A stretch of 64,000 bases of DNA from Chrysemys picta bellii (GCF_011386835.1 NC_088791.1:352284001-352348000); one strand, 5' to 3'. Shown: positions 1 through 12,749, counted from the first letter of the stretch. The notes: generated from the letters alone by a model not told the origin. Translations and numbers: made by a program.

Positions 1-435
1 AATACTTCCTAGATGGAGCTTCTATAAGGTGGGCACATAACTGGTTGGAAAATCATTCCCAGAAAGTAGTTTTCAGTGGTTCATAGTCAAGCTGGAAGGG
101 CATAATGAGTGGAGTCCCGCAGGGATCGGTTCTAGGTCCGGTTCTGTTCAATAGCTTCATCAATGATTTAGATAATGGCTTAGAGCATACACTTATAAAG
201 TTTGCAGATGATACCAAGATGGGAGAGGTTGCAAGTGTTTTTAAGGGTAGCATTAAAATTCAAAATGATCTGGACAAACTCAATTTAAATGTATACCCCA
301 AATTAAAAAAAACATAGTAGAGGACCAAAAAAGTGCCACCATGGCTAAATAACAAAGTAAAAGAAGCAGTTAGAGGCAAAAACACATCCTTAAAAAAGTG
401 GATGTTACATCCCATTGAGGAAAATAGAAAGGACC
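1..435 (+). mobile_element. CR1 LINE ORF2 fragments (RT region plus a short linker piece)
   Basis: ORF 105..317 reads [37 protein letters not shown], the CR1 [14 protein letters not shown] motifs; degenerate and truncated. Confidence 0.9.
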
Positions 436-630
436 AGAAATGGCACAGTTAATAGGAATAGGGGAGGAAAAAGATGATGTTGGGGAGGACACTTCCAGCC
501 AGGTCAGTGGACATGCATTGACCGCAGCCTTAGACAGCATCCAGAATGCATTCATCCAGGGAGTGTCTATCCTGGCCCATGACACAAATTTTGTTCAGAC
601 AATACAGGGAGACCAGATGATCAGTCATGC

Positions 631-1218
631 CTAAGGTAAAGATTTTGTCCCAGTTATTTTTAGTAAAAGTCACGGACAGGTCATGGGCAATAAACAGAAA
701 TACATGGAAGCCCATCACTTGTCTGTGACTTTTACTAAAAACAATGGAGCGGGGGACTGACGGGGCAATTAAAGCCCAATCAGGAGGATGAGAGCCCAAG
801 ACCGGCTTAAGGATGGGGGGAGGTCTAGCACCTACTGCTAACACAGCTAACAGCTCTATGGCCCCTGCTGCCGCCCCAGCAGCTGGAGCTCCATGGTCCC
901 CACTGCAGTCCCCGTGTTGCAGAATTCCAGAGCCCCTGCTGCAGCCCCAGTGTCACAGATCTCCAGAGCCCCCGCTGCCAGTAGCAGCTTGGAGCTTTGG
1001 GTCCCCCCCCCCACGGTAACTTGGAGCTCCGGGTCCCCCAGCCACCAGCGGTTGCTGAGATCTGCTGTGGCCTTGGCAACCCATGGCAGCTAAGAACTCG
1101 GGGGTCCCCTCTGGCTGACAGCTCGGTCTCCATCATCCCGGGGCTGAAGTGGAAAATGTCACAGAGATCTCTGACAGTCACAACATCTGTGACTTCCATG
1201 ACATAATCATATCCTTAG
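631..1218. mobile_element. Non-autonomous DNA transposon (MITE, probably hAT)
   Basis: Imperfect ~19-bp TIRs: ctaaggtaaagattttgtc (631) and gacataatcatatccttag (ends 1218). GC-rich interior with no coding similarity. Paralogous copy near 26670-27225. Confidence 0.7.
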
Positions 1219-1499
1219 CCCTGCCTGTGAACAACTTGCTGTGGTGAATGGGGAAGTGGTGGAACCCCAGTGACTGAGGCAGTGGCCACACTTGCTCCAG
1301 ACAGTAGAGTTGCTCACCACTGGGCTCAGAGTGTCAGCTGGTGTCATTAGGCGCTAAAGGCTGGCATGTTGTTGCCTCGGTAGTGCTGTCGAGGCTGCTC
1401 AGTGCTTCTGTCCTTGGAGATTGAGTGTTATCAGTATTCACAGATAAGGTAACCTGCTAGTTCAGCAGACCATGATGTTACTCATAAAGAAAGACCACA

Positions 1500-2208
1500 G
1501 GCATGGTTCAGTGACAAAGGGACCCTGCAGGTTTATTGCCATCTAGGCATAGACCTAGCTCCCTAGTTATGAGCCAAATGAGTGTATGGAATTCCTCTCC
1601 CAGGTGGTAATACCCCAAGAAATCCTTATTGATCAAGGACCTAACTTCACTTTACAATTAATGAAAGAACTTTGTGATCTACTGAAGGTAAAGACATTAA
1701 GAACTTATGGGTTTGTAGAGCAATTTCACAGAACTTTGATGGCAAGATTAAAGAAGTTTGTATCCTCAAATTCCAAATGCTGAGACCAACTCTTCCCCCA
1801 CTTCCTTTTTGCTATCAGGAAAGTGCCTCAAGCCTCCAAGTTTTCTCCCTTTCAACTGCTGTCTGGGAGGCAGCCTTTAGGCTTTCCAGTCCTGCTTGGA
1901 GAAACATGGGAAAGCAAAGACCCCAGATGATGAACATAGTCCAATACATTCTCAAATTAGGCAAGCACCTCAAGACTTTGTGAGCATTTGCTAGAAGAAT
2001 TTTGCTAAATGCATAAATGGGTACAAAAGAAGGTCTATAACAAAGAGGTCCAGCCATGAGTGTTCAAAATGGGTGATTCAGTGTTATTGTTATTGACAAG
2101 TTTGCTGTTCAAATTACTGGTTCAATGACAGGGACCATTTGAGGTAGTGAGGCGTGTGGGCCCCATCGACTATCAGGTCCAGCACCCAGATTAGAAAAAG
2201 GGTACTCA
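1500..2208 (+). mobile_element. Gypsy (Gmr1-like) integrase remnant
   Basis: ORF 1586..1783 IPQEILIDQGPNFTLQLMKELCDLLKVKTLRT..GFVEQFHRTL matches the rve core (TDQGxNFTS...GLVERFNRTL); frameshifted. Confidence 0.85.
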
Positions 2209-2209
2209 G

Positions 2210-2915
2210 ATAAGAACATAAGAATGGCCATACTGCGTCAGACCAATAGTCCATCTAGTCCAGTATCCTGTCTTCTGACAGTGGCCAATGCCAGGTGTTC
2301 AGAGGGAAAGAACAGAACAGGACTATTATTGAGGGATCGATCTCCTGTCATCCAGTTCCATCATCTGGTCGTCAGAAGCTGGGGACTCCCAGAACATAGA
2401 GTTGCATATCTGAACATTTTGGCTAACAGCCATTGATGGACCTAGCCGCCATGAATGTATCTAGTTGATTTTTTAACCCAATTATACCTTTAGCCTTCAC
2501 AACATCCTCTGGGAATGAGTTCCACAGGTTGACTGTGTGTTGTGTATACTATTTCCTTGTGTGACCCTTGGTTCTTGTGTTATGTGAAGGAGTAAACAAG
2601 ATTTCCGTATTCACTTTCTCCACACCATTCACAATTTTATAGCTCTCTATCTTATCCCCTCTTAGTCGTCTCTTTTGCAAGCTGAAAAGTCCCAGGCTTT
2701 TTAATCTCTCCTCAGATGGAAGCTGTTCCATACCCCTAATCCTTTTTGTTGCCCTGCTCCGTAATTTTCCATTTCTAATATACCTTTTTTTAAAAATGAG
2801 GTGGCCAGAATTGCATGCAATATCCATGGTGTGGTATTTATATAGTGGCATTATTGTATTTTCTCTATTCTTATCAATCCCTTTCCTAATGGCTCCTTGC
2901 ATCAATTCACTATCA
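2210..2915 (-). mobile_element. CR1 3' end (ORF2 C-terminus plus 3'UTR)
   Basis: ORF 2549..2905 [34 protein letters not shown]; terminal ttcttatgttcttat repeat on the minus strand at ~2210. Confidence 0.9.
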
Positions 2916-2919
2916 AGTC

Positions 2920-4100
2920 ATTTGGCCTCAAGAGTGTGGCAGTGATTTTCAGAGGCTACTGGGCTGGATATTACAAATTCATGGGCAGTATGCAGTGGTA
3001 TGCAGCTATGATCAATTGAAAATGGTTTTTGGTCCCGTATCTTGTGGCAGCATTCCCAGACATGGTGCAGATGACAGTACATTACACACAGAAAAAATAG
3101 CCATTGGGAATTGCTAGCCTGAACAGTCTGCAAGGCTCAGTTTGCCCTGACAATCTGAGCCCCTGTTATTGGCTAATTATTTCTTCACTCCCGGGGGAGG
3201 CTCTCAAGCTGGAGTTCTCCAGGGTCTATTTTCTGCTCTTCCCACTGCTCATGGAGCTGAGGGAATTGTCTGGGAGTCCAGCCAACCAGAGAGTTTTCAG
3301 GAACTGTACAGGGAAATCATAAAAGTCGCTGCCCAGCATGCCGAGTGTCAGACATGTGAGAATCATACACTGATCCTTAGATCTCTACATTCCTGTCTCA
3401 GTTAGGACATTTTGTCTCTCTGCTGCGTGGGATTTCGGTGAGTTGCCTGTTTCTGTATTAAAGTTAGTGCTGAGGGCTCAGGAAGAGTTCCAAGGTTCAA
3501 ATCAAGAACCATCTGGGCAGGAATTCACCAGCACGGTGACTTGAACTGTTTAGTATTGTCAGAAACACCAAGGGATTTACCTGGTAAAATTGGAACTACA
3601 AATGTATTGAAAATTGATTAGACAAATAATTGTTTTTAAGATCAGTTCCTTGTCTCTTATTGTGTCCTTCTATCTGTCTCAGTAGCTTCCTTTATTGGGC
3701 TGTGAGTTTTTTTCTATGGTTCACTCAATTTTTCCAATTCAGCACCTTCATTGCCCTTTTAGGAAGTACAGCCAAGGACCCTGCAGTTGGTATCTGTGTT
3801 ACCAAAGGGTTCACAACAAGAATGGGTCACACAATGGCCAGATTCTGCTCTCACTTTCTTCCATTAGTGGGTCACTCCAGATTGCCACTGGCATCCCTGA
3901 GAGCAAAATCAGGACCTACGTGTTTTGGAATCACTAACTTTCATGCCCAGTCTCACAACACTGCATAAACTGGGTGTTTCCTTCAGACTCTCTCAGCACT
4001 TTGTCAGAATACCACTCTCTGTAGTAGTAGGACCCGAAGCTGTGATTTGTGAGCTGGGAGCCAAAAGTTAAACACTAAGAGTAAAATCTTGATCCCTTTG
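2920..4100 (+). mobile_element. Gypsy (Gmr1-like) RT/RNaseH remnant, copy 1
   Basis: Direct paralog of 16080-17320 and 30860-31695; the 16080 copy encodes GYWQIPL...FGLH..ATFQR (Gypsy RT). Heavily degenerate. Confidence 0.75.
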
Positions 4101-5514
4101 AGATCAACGGCAAAACTCCCAACACGGCCAGGACTTCACCCTAAATCCACATATAAGAACTTAAATAATTGGCCTCATTTACACTGGTGATGAGCCTCCG
4201 GTGACTTCAGCTGGAGTGGTCGCATGGCCTCTGAGGACAAGAGAGCTCGTTTGGACCAAAGAAGAGCTGACAGGAGAGAAGAGTTGCTGAAATTTCAAAC
4301 TCAGAGGTTTAAAGGTTTAGAAAAATTAGGATAACAATTTTCTTCAGGGAGGGAGAGGGGTTTGCTCACTCTGTGCCCCTGCATCTCTGGTTCTTCAGCG
4401 GACGAGAAGCACCAAAAAGCAGTAAAACTAAAGTATGTTTCTGGCTTAGAGGAAAGCAGGTGCTGCTGCAAATCTCACCAGGGGAGGTCCAGGAACACAC
4501 AGTGTTTGAGTGTGTTTGGGAGGACGGGGGGACAAAGGGATAAACAGCATCCAAATCACAGTGGCATGGAGCCCTGAAACTGGGTGATATAGGAAATGAA
4601 CATCCTGCCTAATGCACAGACCAAAGAGGAATAATGAGGCCTACTGGGGAAGAGGGGTGTCTCAGACAGTGACATAACATGGACCACACAGTAGCAGATT
4701 GTCTCTGACACCATCCACCATATGGACCATCTGACCACCTGTTAGCAATCCCATTACAGCTTCATGGTAACATCAGCAATTGCCAACACAGAAACACTGC
4801 CTCAGGAAGGGTTGTCCAGGTTCCTAACAGGCTGCAATGTAAAAGCTTTGTTTTGTTTTGAGGAAGAGTTACTCACGCTGGCTACTTTTAGTCTCCATGT
4901 CCTCTCTCCCTCCCACCAGGTCTGTCCCTCTCTCCTTCCCTGCACAGGCTGAGCCGCCGCTGGGGTTCCCTTTGCCAGAAAAGCAGTTCAGGCTGATCTC
5001 CCCCTTTTCCCTGGTGCAGGCAGACACTGAGTTTAACCTCGTCTGAGGAGATATTTCCGTGAGCTGTCGCTGTGGGGTCTGGCACCTGGTTTTGGTCCTG
5101 GGTGAGGGGTATTGCTGTGTGGCAGGGCTAGAATTTGTGGGGGTGAGGGGCCTACATGGAAAAGTGGTCAGCACTGTGGGTTGTGTGGTAGGGAGCGGGC
5201 TGTTCACAGACAGGAGGGCAGCACTGTAAGATGGTGGGGACAGGTAGGGGATTTAGAGGCAAGCAGTACTGCGGGGTTGTGGGGGCGTGGAGCAACATAC
5301 ACAGGGACAGGTGGGCAGCGCTGTTGAAATTAAATTTTTCTTTGTGATTGTTAGCTTGGGCCAGTCTCAGGGTCTCTTTACCTTGGCAGGCCACAGAACT
5401 GTAGCCCGGGTGTCACAACCTTGACTCAGTTCTGTTTCCAACTCAGTCCTGTATTCCTGTCTCTCGTTATGTAAGTTCAGGCATTTGACTGGTGAAAAGA
5501 ACCGCGGAGCTTTG

Positions 5515-6920
5515 TGTGATTCTGCACCCCATATTCTACATAGAGATATTATTATGATATGATTATAGCATAATTATGATACATTTTATGCAAGATGAGT
5601 CATGTAAAATGCCATTGGAAAAGTTATGATTTTCTGAATAGGGTTATCCTATTTGTGTGCATTGATCCCTGGAGGGAAGCTCTGGGGCACCCCCTTATGC
5701 TGGGGGAGTCCAGGGTGACCGCTGCTACTGGGGGCTCTGGGGTGCCCACTGGTGATTTGGCATTGGGGGAGACCTAGGACCACTGCTGCCCCTGCTGGCA
5801 GGGGGTGACCCCGCCGACCCTGGACTGTGGCAGCCACTGCTGGTGCAAAGCAGCCCAGGACCCCCGTGATGGTGCTGGTGAGGGCCAGCCTCGCTGGCCT
5901 TGGATGGCAGCAGCTGCTGCTGGGAGGGGCCAGCCCCATCACCCAGAACCTCTGCACTGCTGCTAGTGGGGGGCGGCCTAGGACTGCCATTGTTGCAGTG
6001 AGGCTGACCCTGGGGCCACCTGAGCTGCTCTGGTGATCCTGGGTCAGTTGCACCTGGCGGCTGCAGAAGTCATGGACCTCCGTGACAGACTCACAGCTTT
6101 ACCTATAAGTCATGGATGCTGTGACTCTAGAAGGCCATATGACCAGACCACATAACTCTGGACTCCATATTGGTGAGTTTGTACTTTTCCCACAAACCAG
6201 TCTGGGAACCAAGTTTTGAAACAAAGTTTTCCCATCATGCGCTAAAGCTATATAGGGCAGGGAGTGACATCGTCATTGGTTCTTCACTCCCCAAAGCAAA
6301 GCAAATGCAGCTTGTGCCTTGAGATTCTGCCAGACTGCTTATATCATCAACCAGGTGAGAAACTGCCGGTTAATAATTAGTCTAACTACTGTGTTAAGCT
6401 TAGTTTGTTTTCTTTATTTCCTAGGTAATATACTTTGATTTGTTTGCTAGCCCTTATAATCACTTAAAAACTATCTTTTGTAGTTAATAAACTTGGTTTT
6501 ATGTTTTAATTTAAACCCAGGATGCCTTTAAGTGAAGTGTATGGGGGTAAAATCTCAGCTTGGTAACCAGTGTGCATTGTCCAACTCACAATGAGAGAGG
6601 GGAGAACCAGGTAAAAAATTCATACTAGTCAGAGTTTGGACCAGAGCAGGACAGTACAGCTCTGGGGTCCTAGGCTAGAGAGCTGGTGATTATTTTGGCT
6701 GTAGCCTCTCTATTGTTGGTTCATGCAGTGGCTGGTCAGATAACCTGCGTGTAACTGCAGCTGGGTGTGTCCCTGCCTGTGTGAATGCTGGTTGAGTGTA
6801 AGACCAGGAGAAGGTCTATAGCCTGTCAGAGCAGCGCACTGAGAGAGGGAGCCCAGGCTGGTGAGTCAGAGGAATCTGTGGTACCCCCAGACCAGGTTGC
6901 ACCCTGGGGGAAACATCACA
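5515..6920 (+). mobile_element. Solo LTR with internal MITE (~5640-6135)
   Basis: Termini tgtgat...atcaca; exact 5-bp TSD ctttg at 5510-5514 and 6921-6925; internal AATAAA. A same-family 5' end lies at 24921 (-). Confidence 0.8.
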
Positions 6921-8247
6921 CTTTGTTCCTCAGCTGCTTCAATCTCATCATACCCTGACCCCTTGTGTGTCCTCTCCTTCACCAGGTGAGACTGCCCTGA
7001 TTCCAACAGCACACTGCTCGCCAGTGTCATCTGCATGTTCCCCAGTCATCCCTGGCTCCCACAAACTCCAAGACGCCTCATACTCCCCACAGCTCTTCCT
7101 CTGCAGGGGGTGAGGTGTCTCCTATCACATCTGCTCCCTTGGCTGAGGGGTAATCACTGGCTATGTCTCACCAGTGAGAAATTCCCACAAACACTTGGTA
7201 AATGCCAAGGCAGGCATCTGTATGGCTTTTCTTGTTAACCCATACATATCACGTGGTGCTTCAAGGCTGCTACGTAGGAACAACTCACAAGCAGAGAAGT
7301 TTGCACATTATATAATGAGAGCGGGCAACTCTGGGGCATGTGAACCTAGATAAATACAGCTGCCACAAGCATGAGCCACTAGAAGCTGACTGAAACAGTG
7401 GGCCACTGGGACACAGATGTTAAACCCAGGATGATTTGGGACCATTTGCTAGCCAGCTCTGTTTCCCATTAATGGCGAGGGGTGTACATTCATTCCTCAG
7501 TGTGGAGATTTTATGGGGTCAAACCATTATTTTTGTCACCTAAACGTTCATCCATGCAGTGCCTCATGGCATACGCACCTAGTGTAACATTTCCAAGGCA
7601 CCGAAGTCACATGAGAATTTCTCCCTGTAGGGTTAAATTCAACACGATTATGAATAGAAAAAAAGGCACGAGCTTGCAGGCAAAATGTCTCCAGTTGACT
7701 CCTGGGGACATGTTTGTAGATTCCAAGGCCAGAAGGGACCGTTGTGATCATCTATAACACAGGCCTGAGAATTTCCTCAAAATTATTCCTAGAGCAGAAT
7801 TTTTAGAGAAATGCCCAACCTTGATTTAATTATTCTCAGTGATGAAGAATACATGAAGACCATTGGTAAATTGTTCCAGTGGTTAATTACTCTCACCATT
7901 AAAAATGTACACCTTATTTCCAGTCAGGGTTTCTTTACCTTTAACTTCCAGCCATTGAATCATGTTATACCTCTGTATGCTAGGTTGAAAAGCCTATTAT
8001 AAAATATTGGTTCACCATGTACCTAGTTACAGACTGTTATCCAGTCACCCCTTTACCATCATTGGTAATTAAATAGCTTGAGTTCTTTGAGTCCATCCCT
8101 ATAAGGCAATATTTCTAATCTTTTACTAATTCTGATTCTTCTCTGAAACCTCTTCAGTATATCAACATCCATCCTTAATTGTGGACACAAGAACTAGATA
8201 CAGGTTTTCAACAGCAGTCACAGCAGTGCTGAATACAGAGGTAAAAT

Positions 8248-9353
8248 AGAGACAAGCACCTACAAGATCTCTATCAAGCATTCTTAAAACTACAATACCC
8301 ACCTGCTGAAGTGAAAAAACAGATTGACAGAGCCAGACGAGTACCCAGAAGTCACCTCCTACAAGACAGGCCCAACAAAGAAAATAACAGAACACAACTA
8401 GCTGTCACCTTCAGCCCCCAACTAAAACCTCTCCAGCGCATCATCAGAGATCTACAACCTATCCTGAAAGATGATCCTTTACTCTCACAGAACTTGGGAG
8501 ACAGACCTGTCCTCGCTTACAGACAACCCCCCAACCTAAAGCAAATACTCACCAGCAACCACACATCACTGAACAAAACCACTAACCCAGGAACCTATCC
8601 TTGTAACAAACCCCGATGCCAACTCTGTCCACATATCTATTAAAGTGACATCATCATAGGACCTAATCACATCAGCCATACCATCAGGGGCTCGTTCACC
8701 TGCACATCTACCAATGTGATATATGCCATCATGTGCCAGCAATGCCCCTCTGCCATGTACATTGGCCAAACCGGACAGTCTCTACAAAAAAGAATTAATG
8801 GACACAAATCTGACATCAGGAATCAAAATACTCAAAAACCAGTGGGAGAACACTTTAACCTGTCTGGTCATTCAGTGACAGACCTGCGGGTGGCTATATT
8901 ACAACAGAAAAAATTCAAAAACAGACTCCAACAAGAGACTGCTGAGCTAGAATTGATATGCAAACTAGACACAATCAACTCCGGTTTGAATAAGGACTGG
9001 GAATGGCTGAGCCATTACAAACATTGATTCTATCTCCCCTTGTAAGTATGCTCACACTTCTTATCAAACTGTCTGTACTAGGCTATCTTGATTATCACTT
9101 CAAAAGTTTTTTTTTCTCTTAATTAATTGGCCTCTCAGAGTTGGTAAGACAACTCCCACCTGTTTATGCTCTCTGTATGTGTGTATATATATATCTCCTC
9201 AATATATGTTCCATTCTATATGCATCCGAAGAAGTGGGCTGTAGTCCACGAAAGCTTATGCTCTAATAAATGTGTTAGTCTCTAAGGTGCCACAAGTACT
9301 CCTGTTCTTCTTTTTGCGGATACAGACTAACACGGCTGCTACTCTGAAACCTG
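8248..9353 (+). mobile_element. 5'-truncated Penelope-like element (GIY-YIG endonuclease end plus terminal repeat, family A)
   Basis: ORF 8716..9027 VIYAIMCQQCPSAMYIGQTGQSLQKRINGHKSDIRN...HFN is a GIY-YIG domain; terminus gtctctaaggtgccacaagtactcc; 11-bp TSD agaggtaaaat at 8237-8247 and 9354-9364. Confidence 0.93.
9222..9261 (+). ncRNA. Minimal type I hammerhead ribozyme-like motif (Penelope terminus)
   Basis: GCAU-CCGAAGA-A-[GUGGGC UGUA GUCCAC]-GAA-AGCU-U-AUGC: stem I GCAU/AUGC, stem II 6 bp, palindromic AGCU stem III. Core has C at position 4 instead of U. Confidence 0.65.
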
Positions 9354-10199
9354 AGAGGTAAAATTACTTCTCTACCTCTCCTTCAGATTTTCCTGCTTAT
9401 CATCCCAGGATCACACTGGCTTTTTTCACCACAAGGTCACACTGGGAGCTCATGTTCAGCTAATTATCCCTTTATGCCCACAAATCTTCTTCACAGCCAT
9501 TGTGCTTCCCATAATATCCTCCCATCGTGGAAGCATTGCCTGAATTCTTTGTTCCTAAATATAGATATCTACATAACTCTATTAGAACACACATATTATT
9601 TGCTTCGACCCAGTTTACCAACCAGTTCAGATTGCTTTGAATCAGTGATGTGTCCTCTTCATTATTTACAATCCCACAATTTTGTGTCATCTGCAAACTT
9701 CATCGATATCCAGGCATGAGAATGGTTAGGAGCTGAGTTGTTGCCACATGTCTCTGCTTATACTTGTCAGGTAATATCTGTAACTTATGTCTCAGACAAA
9801 GCTGGTTGCCTGCATGAAAGTGTCTCACCAAAAGAAACATGGGAAGCAATAGAGGTGCAGGCCTGTAGCCCTAAATACCAAGACCCTTGTGCCCCTCATG
9901 CCCATTCTGTTGAGCACAAAGTCATAGCCCAGCATTAAAATGACTGTTTCCCTGGGGGAAACTTGGCTCTTTTCAATATAGGTCCATCTAGTCCAGTGTC
10001 CTCTGACAGGGACAGCCCAGATGTTGCAGAAGAAGTTGTAAGAAACCAAGCAGTAGGTGGATTCAGGGATGACCTAACCGTCCCTGAGGGTGTCACCAGC
10101 AGCTACCTCTTGGCTTGTGCCCTGAAATACGTTGGTGTATAGACATTCCAACATATGTATTTAACTGGAACTATTGTAACTGGATAGTCTTACTATCCA

Positions 10200-10990
10200 T
10201 CTAAGTCTCCCAACCCTTCCTGTTTCTCATTTACCTCAGGGCCTCAAATACCTCTTGTGGCAACGAGTTCCTCAGTCTAATTAGGCATTGAGTGAAGAAA
10301 TCATTTTTTTCCCATTGGTTTTGAATTTTCCACATTTCAGTTTAATTTAATGTCCTCTTGATATTGTGTTATGAGACAGGGAGAACACATTCTCGATCTA
10401 CTCTCTACTAGTCAGTATTTCATAGACTTTTCTCATGGCCCTCTAATATACCTCCTTGTTAAGGTAACAATCCCAATCTTTCCAACCTATATCATTAGAA
10501 GAGTTTCCCCGGGCCCTTGATCATTCTTGTTGACCTTGCCTGAACCCCTCTATTTCTGTAATAACCTGTGTGAGAAGGTTGCCCCATTCTTCAAAGAGGA
10601 GGCCAGAGGAGCATGAAATATTGACTGATCGGTCTCATGGCATTGTATTTCCTTTATGATTTCCCATCCCAGTCCTCCTGGATCCCAATGTTTTGCTTAG
10701 TTTCTGTCCATACTTCCACTGTGAGCAGGGTTTCACAGAGCTCTGTACCATGACACCCAGGTCACTGTCCTGAGTTCATACAGTTAAATTAGAACCTTGT
10801 AGGCTGTTTGAGGAATTCAAGCTTTTTCCTCCAATGGTTGTGCACGTTGCAGTTATTGACATCGAAGTTCATCTGCCATCATGTTGCCCATTCACCTTGC
10901 TTGGTTAGCTCCCTCTGAGGACTTCTCTGGACTTCACTATGACCTAAATAATCTGGTGCCATCTGGAAATGTTGTCACCTCACTGTTCAC
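10200..10990 (-). mobile_element. Old CR1 remnant upstream of OR52-like gene 1
   Basis: Degenerate CR1 ORF2 sequence; direct paralog at ~34480-35260 and partial paralog at ~17325-17450. Confidence 0.7.
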
Positions 10991-11065
10991 CACCATTTCT
11001 AGAGTGTTAATAACTATAAAATATTTATTGTACTATTTGTTATAAAGCATGTAATCCCACTCACT

Positions 11066-11085
11066 GTGCTTCTCTCACTTCACAG
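11066..11085 (+). promoter_or_regulatory. Splice acceptor for the OR coding exon
   Basis: Polypyrimidine tract plus cacag, followed by 44 nt before the ATG at 11130. The same motif and 44-nt spacing recur at 17517 and 35353. Confidence 0.75.
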
Positions 11086-11129
11086 ACACCTTGAGCATTT
11101 CTGTGCCCAATCAACACATAGACCACCTC

Positions 11130-12068
11130 ATGGCAGATTTCAACCTCAGTGACTTGGACCATTCATCATTCATCCTAGCGGGAATCCCTGGCCTGGAAGC
11201 TGCTCACCTCTGGATTTCCATCCCTTTTTCTACGTTCTACATTATTGGCCTGTTTGGAAATTTCATGGTTCTGTTTGTTGTAGGCAAAGAGCAGACCCTA
11301 CATGAACCAATGTACCTGCTGCTTTGCATGCTGGCGCTCACAGAAATTTTTGCATCTACTTCCATTGTGCCAAAGGCACTGTGTATATTTTGGTTCAATT
11401 TGAAAGGAATTACTTTAGGTGGCTGCCTCACCCAGATGTTCCTCCTTCATGCGGGTTCTGTGACACATTCAGCCGTCCTCGTGACAATGGCCTTCGATCG
11501 CTATGTTGCCATATGTAACCCTCTGAGATACGCCACCATCCTCACCAATGCACGAGTAGCTAAACTAGGGCTTGTGTGTTTGATAAGAGCTGTTCTCTTC
11601 GTTCTGCCCCTGCCCCTGCTCCTGAGCAGGCACCCATTCTGTGCCAACCGCATTATCCCCCATACGTACTGCGACCACATGGCTGTGGCAAAGATGTCAT
11701 GTGGGGATATCACAGTGAACAGGATGTATGGCTTAGTGATAGTATTTATAGTCCTTGGGTTTGACCTGACATTTATTGCCCTGTCCTATGGACTGATCAT
11801 CAGGGCCATCCTCAGAATACCCTCCAAGGAAGCCCACCAGAAAGCCCTCAACACCTGCACAGCGCACATCTGTGTGATGCTGATGGCTTATCCTATCTTC
11901 CTTTTCTCCACTCTGACATACCGATTCAGTCAGGGCATTGCTCCCTACGTACACATCATCTTGGCCAATCTGTATTACCTCCTCCTTCCTATGCTCAACC
12001 CTATTGTTTATGGTGTCAAAACCAAAGAGCTTCGTGACAAAATGCGCAAATACATCTGCGGAATGTGA
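11130..12068 (+). CDS. Class I olfactory receptor, OR52-like (312 aa), intact
   Basis: Motifs LHEPMY, MAFDRYVAICNPLRY, HTYCDHMAVAKMSC, KALNTCTAH, PMLNPIVYGVKTKELR; N-terminal NLS glycosylation site. ATG chosen by alignment with the 35398 paralog; the track's 11091 start is TTG. Confidence 0.95.
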   Translation: MADFNLSDLDHSSFILAGIPGLEAAHLWISIPFSTFYIIGLFGNFMVLFVVGKEQTLHEPMYLLLCMLALTEIFASTSIVPKALCIFWFNLKGITLGGCLTQMFLLHAGSVTHSAVLVTMAFDRYVAICNPLRYATILTNARVAKLGLVCLIRAVLFVLPLPLLLSRHPFCANRIIPHTYCDHMAVAKMSCGDITVNRMYGLVIVFIVLGFDLTFIALSYGLIIRAILRIPSKEAHQKALNTCTAHICVMLMAYPIFLFSTLTYRFSQGIAPYVHIILANLYYLLLPMLNPIVYGVKTKELRDKMRKYICGM

Positions 12069-12542
12069 TCACCTAGGGCCACTGATTCCAAACCTCTGTG
12101 ACAAGAGGGGTAAAGGAGATCTCCTCATTAATCAATGGTGCTCTGTCCAGGTTTGGTTGAGCTCACCATTGTGTAAGTTCACAGTCTTAAAAGCTCCTCA
12201 CACCTAACATCTTATCACTCTATCACCAAGCACTGCTCTCTCTGTTGCTAAGTTCCCTCTCTCTGACCATCACCTGATCTCTTTCAGTGTCATCCATCAG
12301 CCCCCACCTCCACACATCCTGTCACTTCACCTTTCTTTGACTTCCAGACCACCAGAAGATACTGCAGCTTTCTGAAGCACGGAGGCTTCCCATTAGACCC
12401 TGTGTGAACAGCGTTCTTGATCAGTTTGATGAACTAAAGCTATGCTTTCTGATAGTCAAAAAAAAAAGAAAGCAACTATAATATTGAACTTCTTTATCAT
12501 AAGTACAGTGATCCGGTGAGCAAAATTTCCCTGAATTTAATA

Positions 12543-12749
12543 AAAAGCAACAGAGGGTCCTGTGGCACCTTTAAACTAACAGAAGTATTAGGAGCATAAG
12601 CTTTCGTGGGTAAGAACCTCACTTCTTCAGATGCAAGGCATCTTACCCATGAAAGCTTATGCTCCCAATACTTTTGTTAGTCTTAAAGGTGCCACAGGAC
12701 CCTCTGTTGCTTTTTACAGATTCAGACTAACACGGCTACCCCTCTGATA
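12543..12749. mobile_element. Penelope (family B) terminal-repeat hairpin insertion
   Basis: Inverted plus forward copies of ...gcttatgctcccaatactt(c/t)tgttagtcttaaaggtgccacaggaccctctgttgc; 13-bp TSD cctgaatttaata at 12530-12542 and 12750-12762; absent at the paralogous sites near 18925 and 36797. Confidence 0.9.
12594..12634 (-). ncRNA. Minimal hammerhead ribozyme-like motif with canonical CUGAAGA core
   Basis: Minus strand reads GCAU-CUGAAGA-A-[GUG(A)GGU UCUU ACCCAC]-GAA-AGCU-U-AUGC. Confidence 0.75.

Larger units (their letters stand above)
7800..9715 (-). mobile_element. Old CR1 fragment split by a Penelope insertion
   Basis: Degenerate CR1 ORF2 similarity at 7800-8247 and 9354-9715 (ORF 9472..9696 resembles ADDTKLxG..NxxEDxxxIQ.DL); continuous across the 11-bp TSD. 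Confidence 0.75.

Noticed and set aside
4900-5105. Exon-like segment (pyrimidine tract/AG ... GTGAGG)
   Set aside because: I recognise no protein similarity, a stop occurs in the most obvious frame, and it has no paralog in the other units; it cannot be supported.
9933-9959. Homeodomain plus O/E-like site (catta...ttccctggggga) as an OR1 promoter
   Set aside because: A short motif that is not retained in units 2 or 3; expected by chance in 64 kb.
11091-11129. 13-residue N-terminal extensions of OR1 and OR2 in the ORF track
   Set aside because: They start at TTG. The third paralog and the Nx(S/T) position support the downstream ATG.
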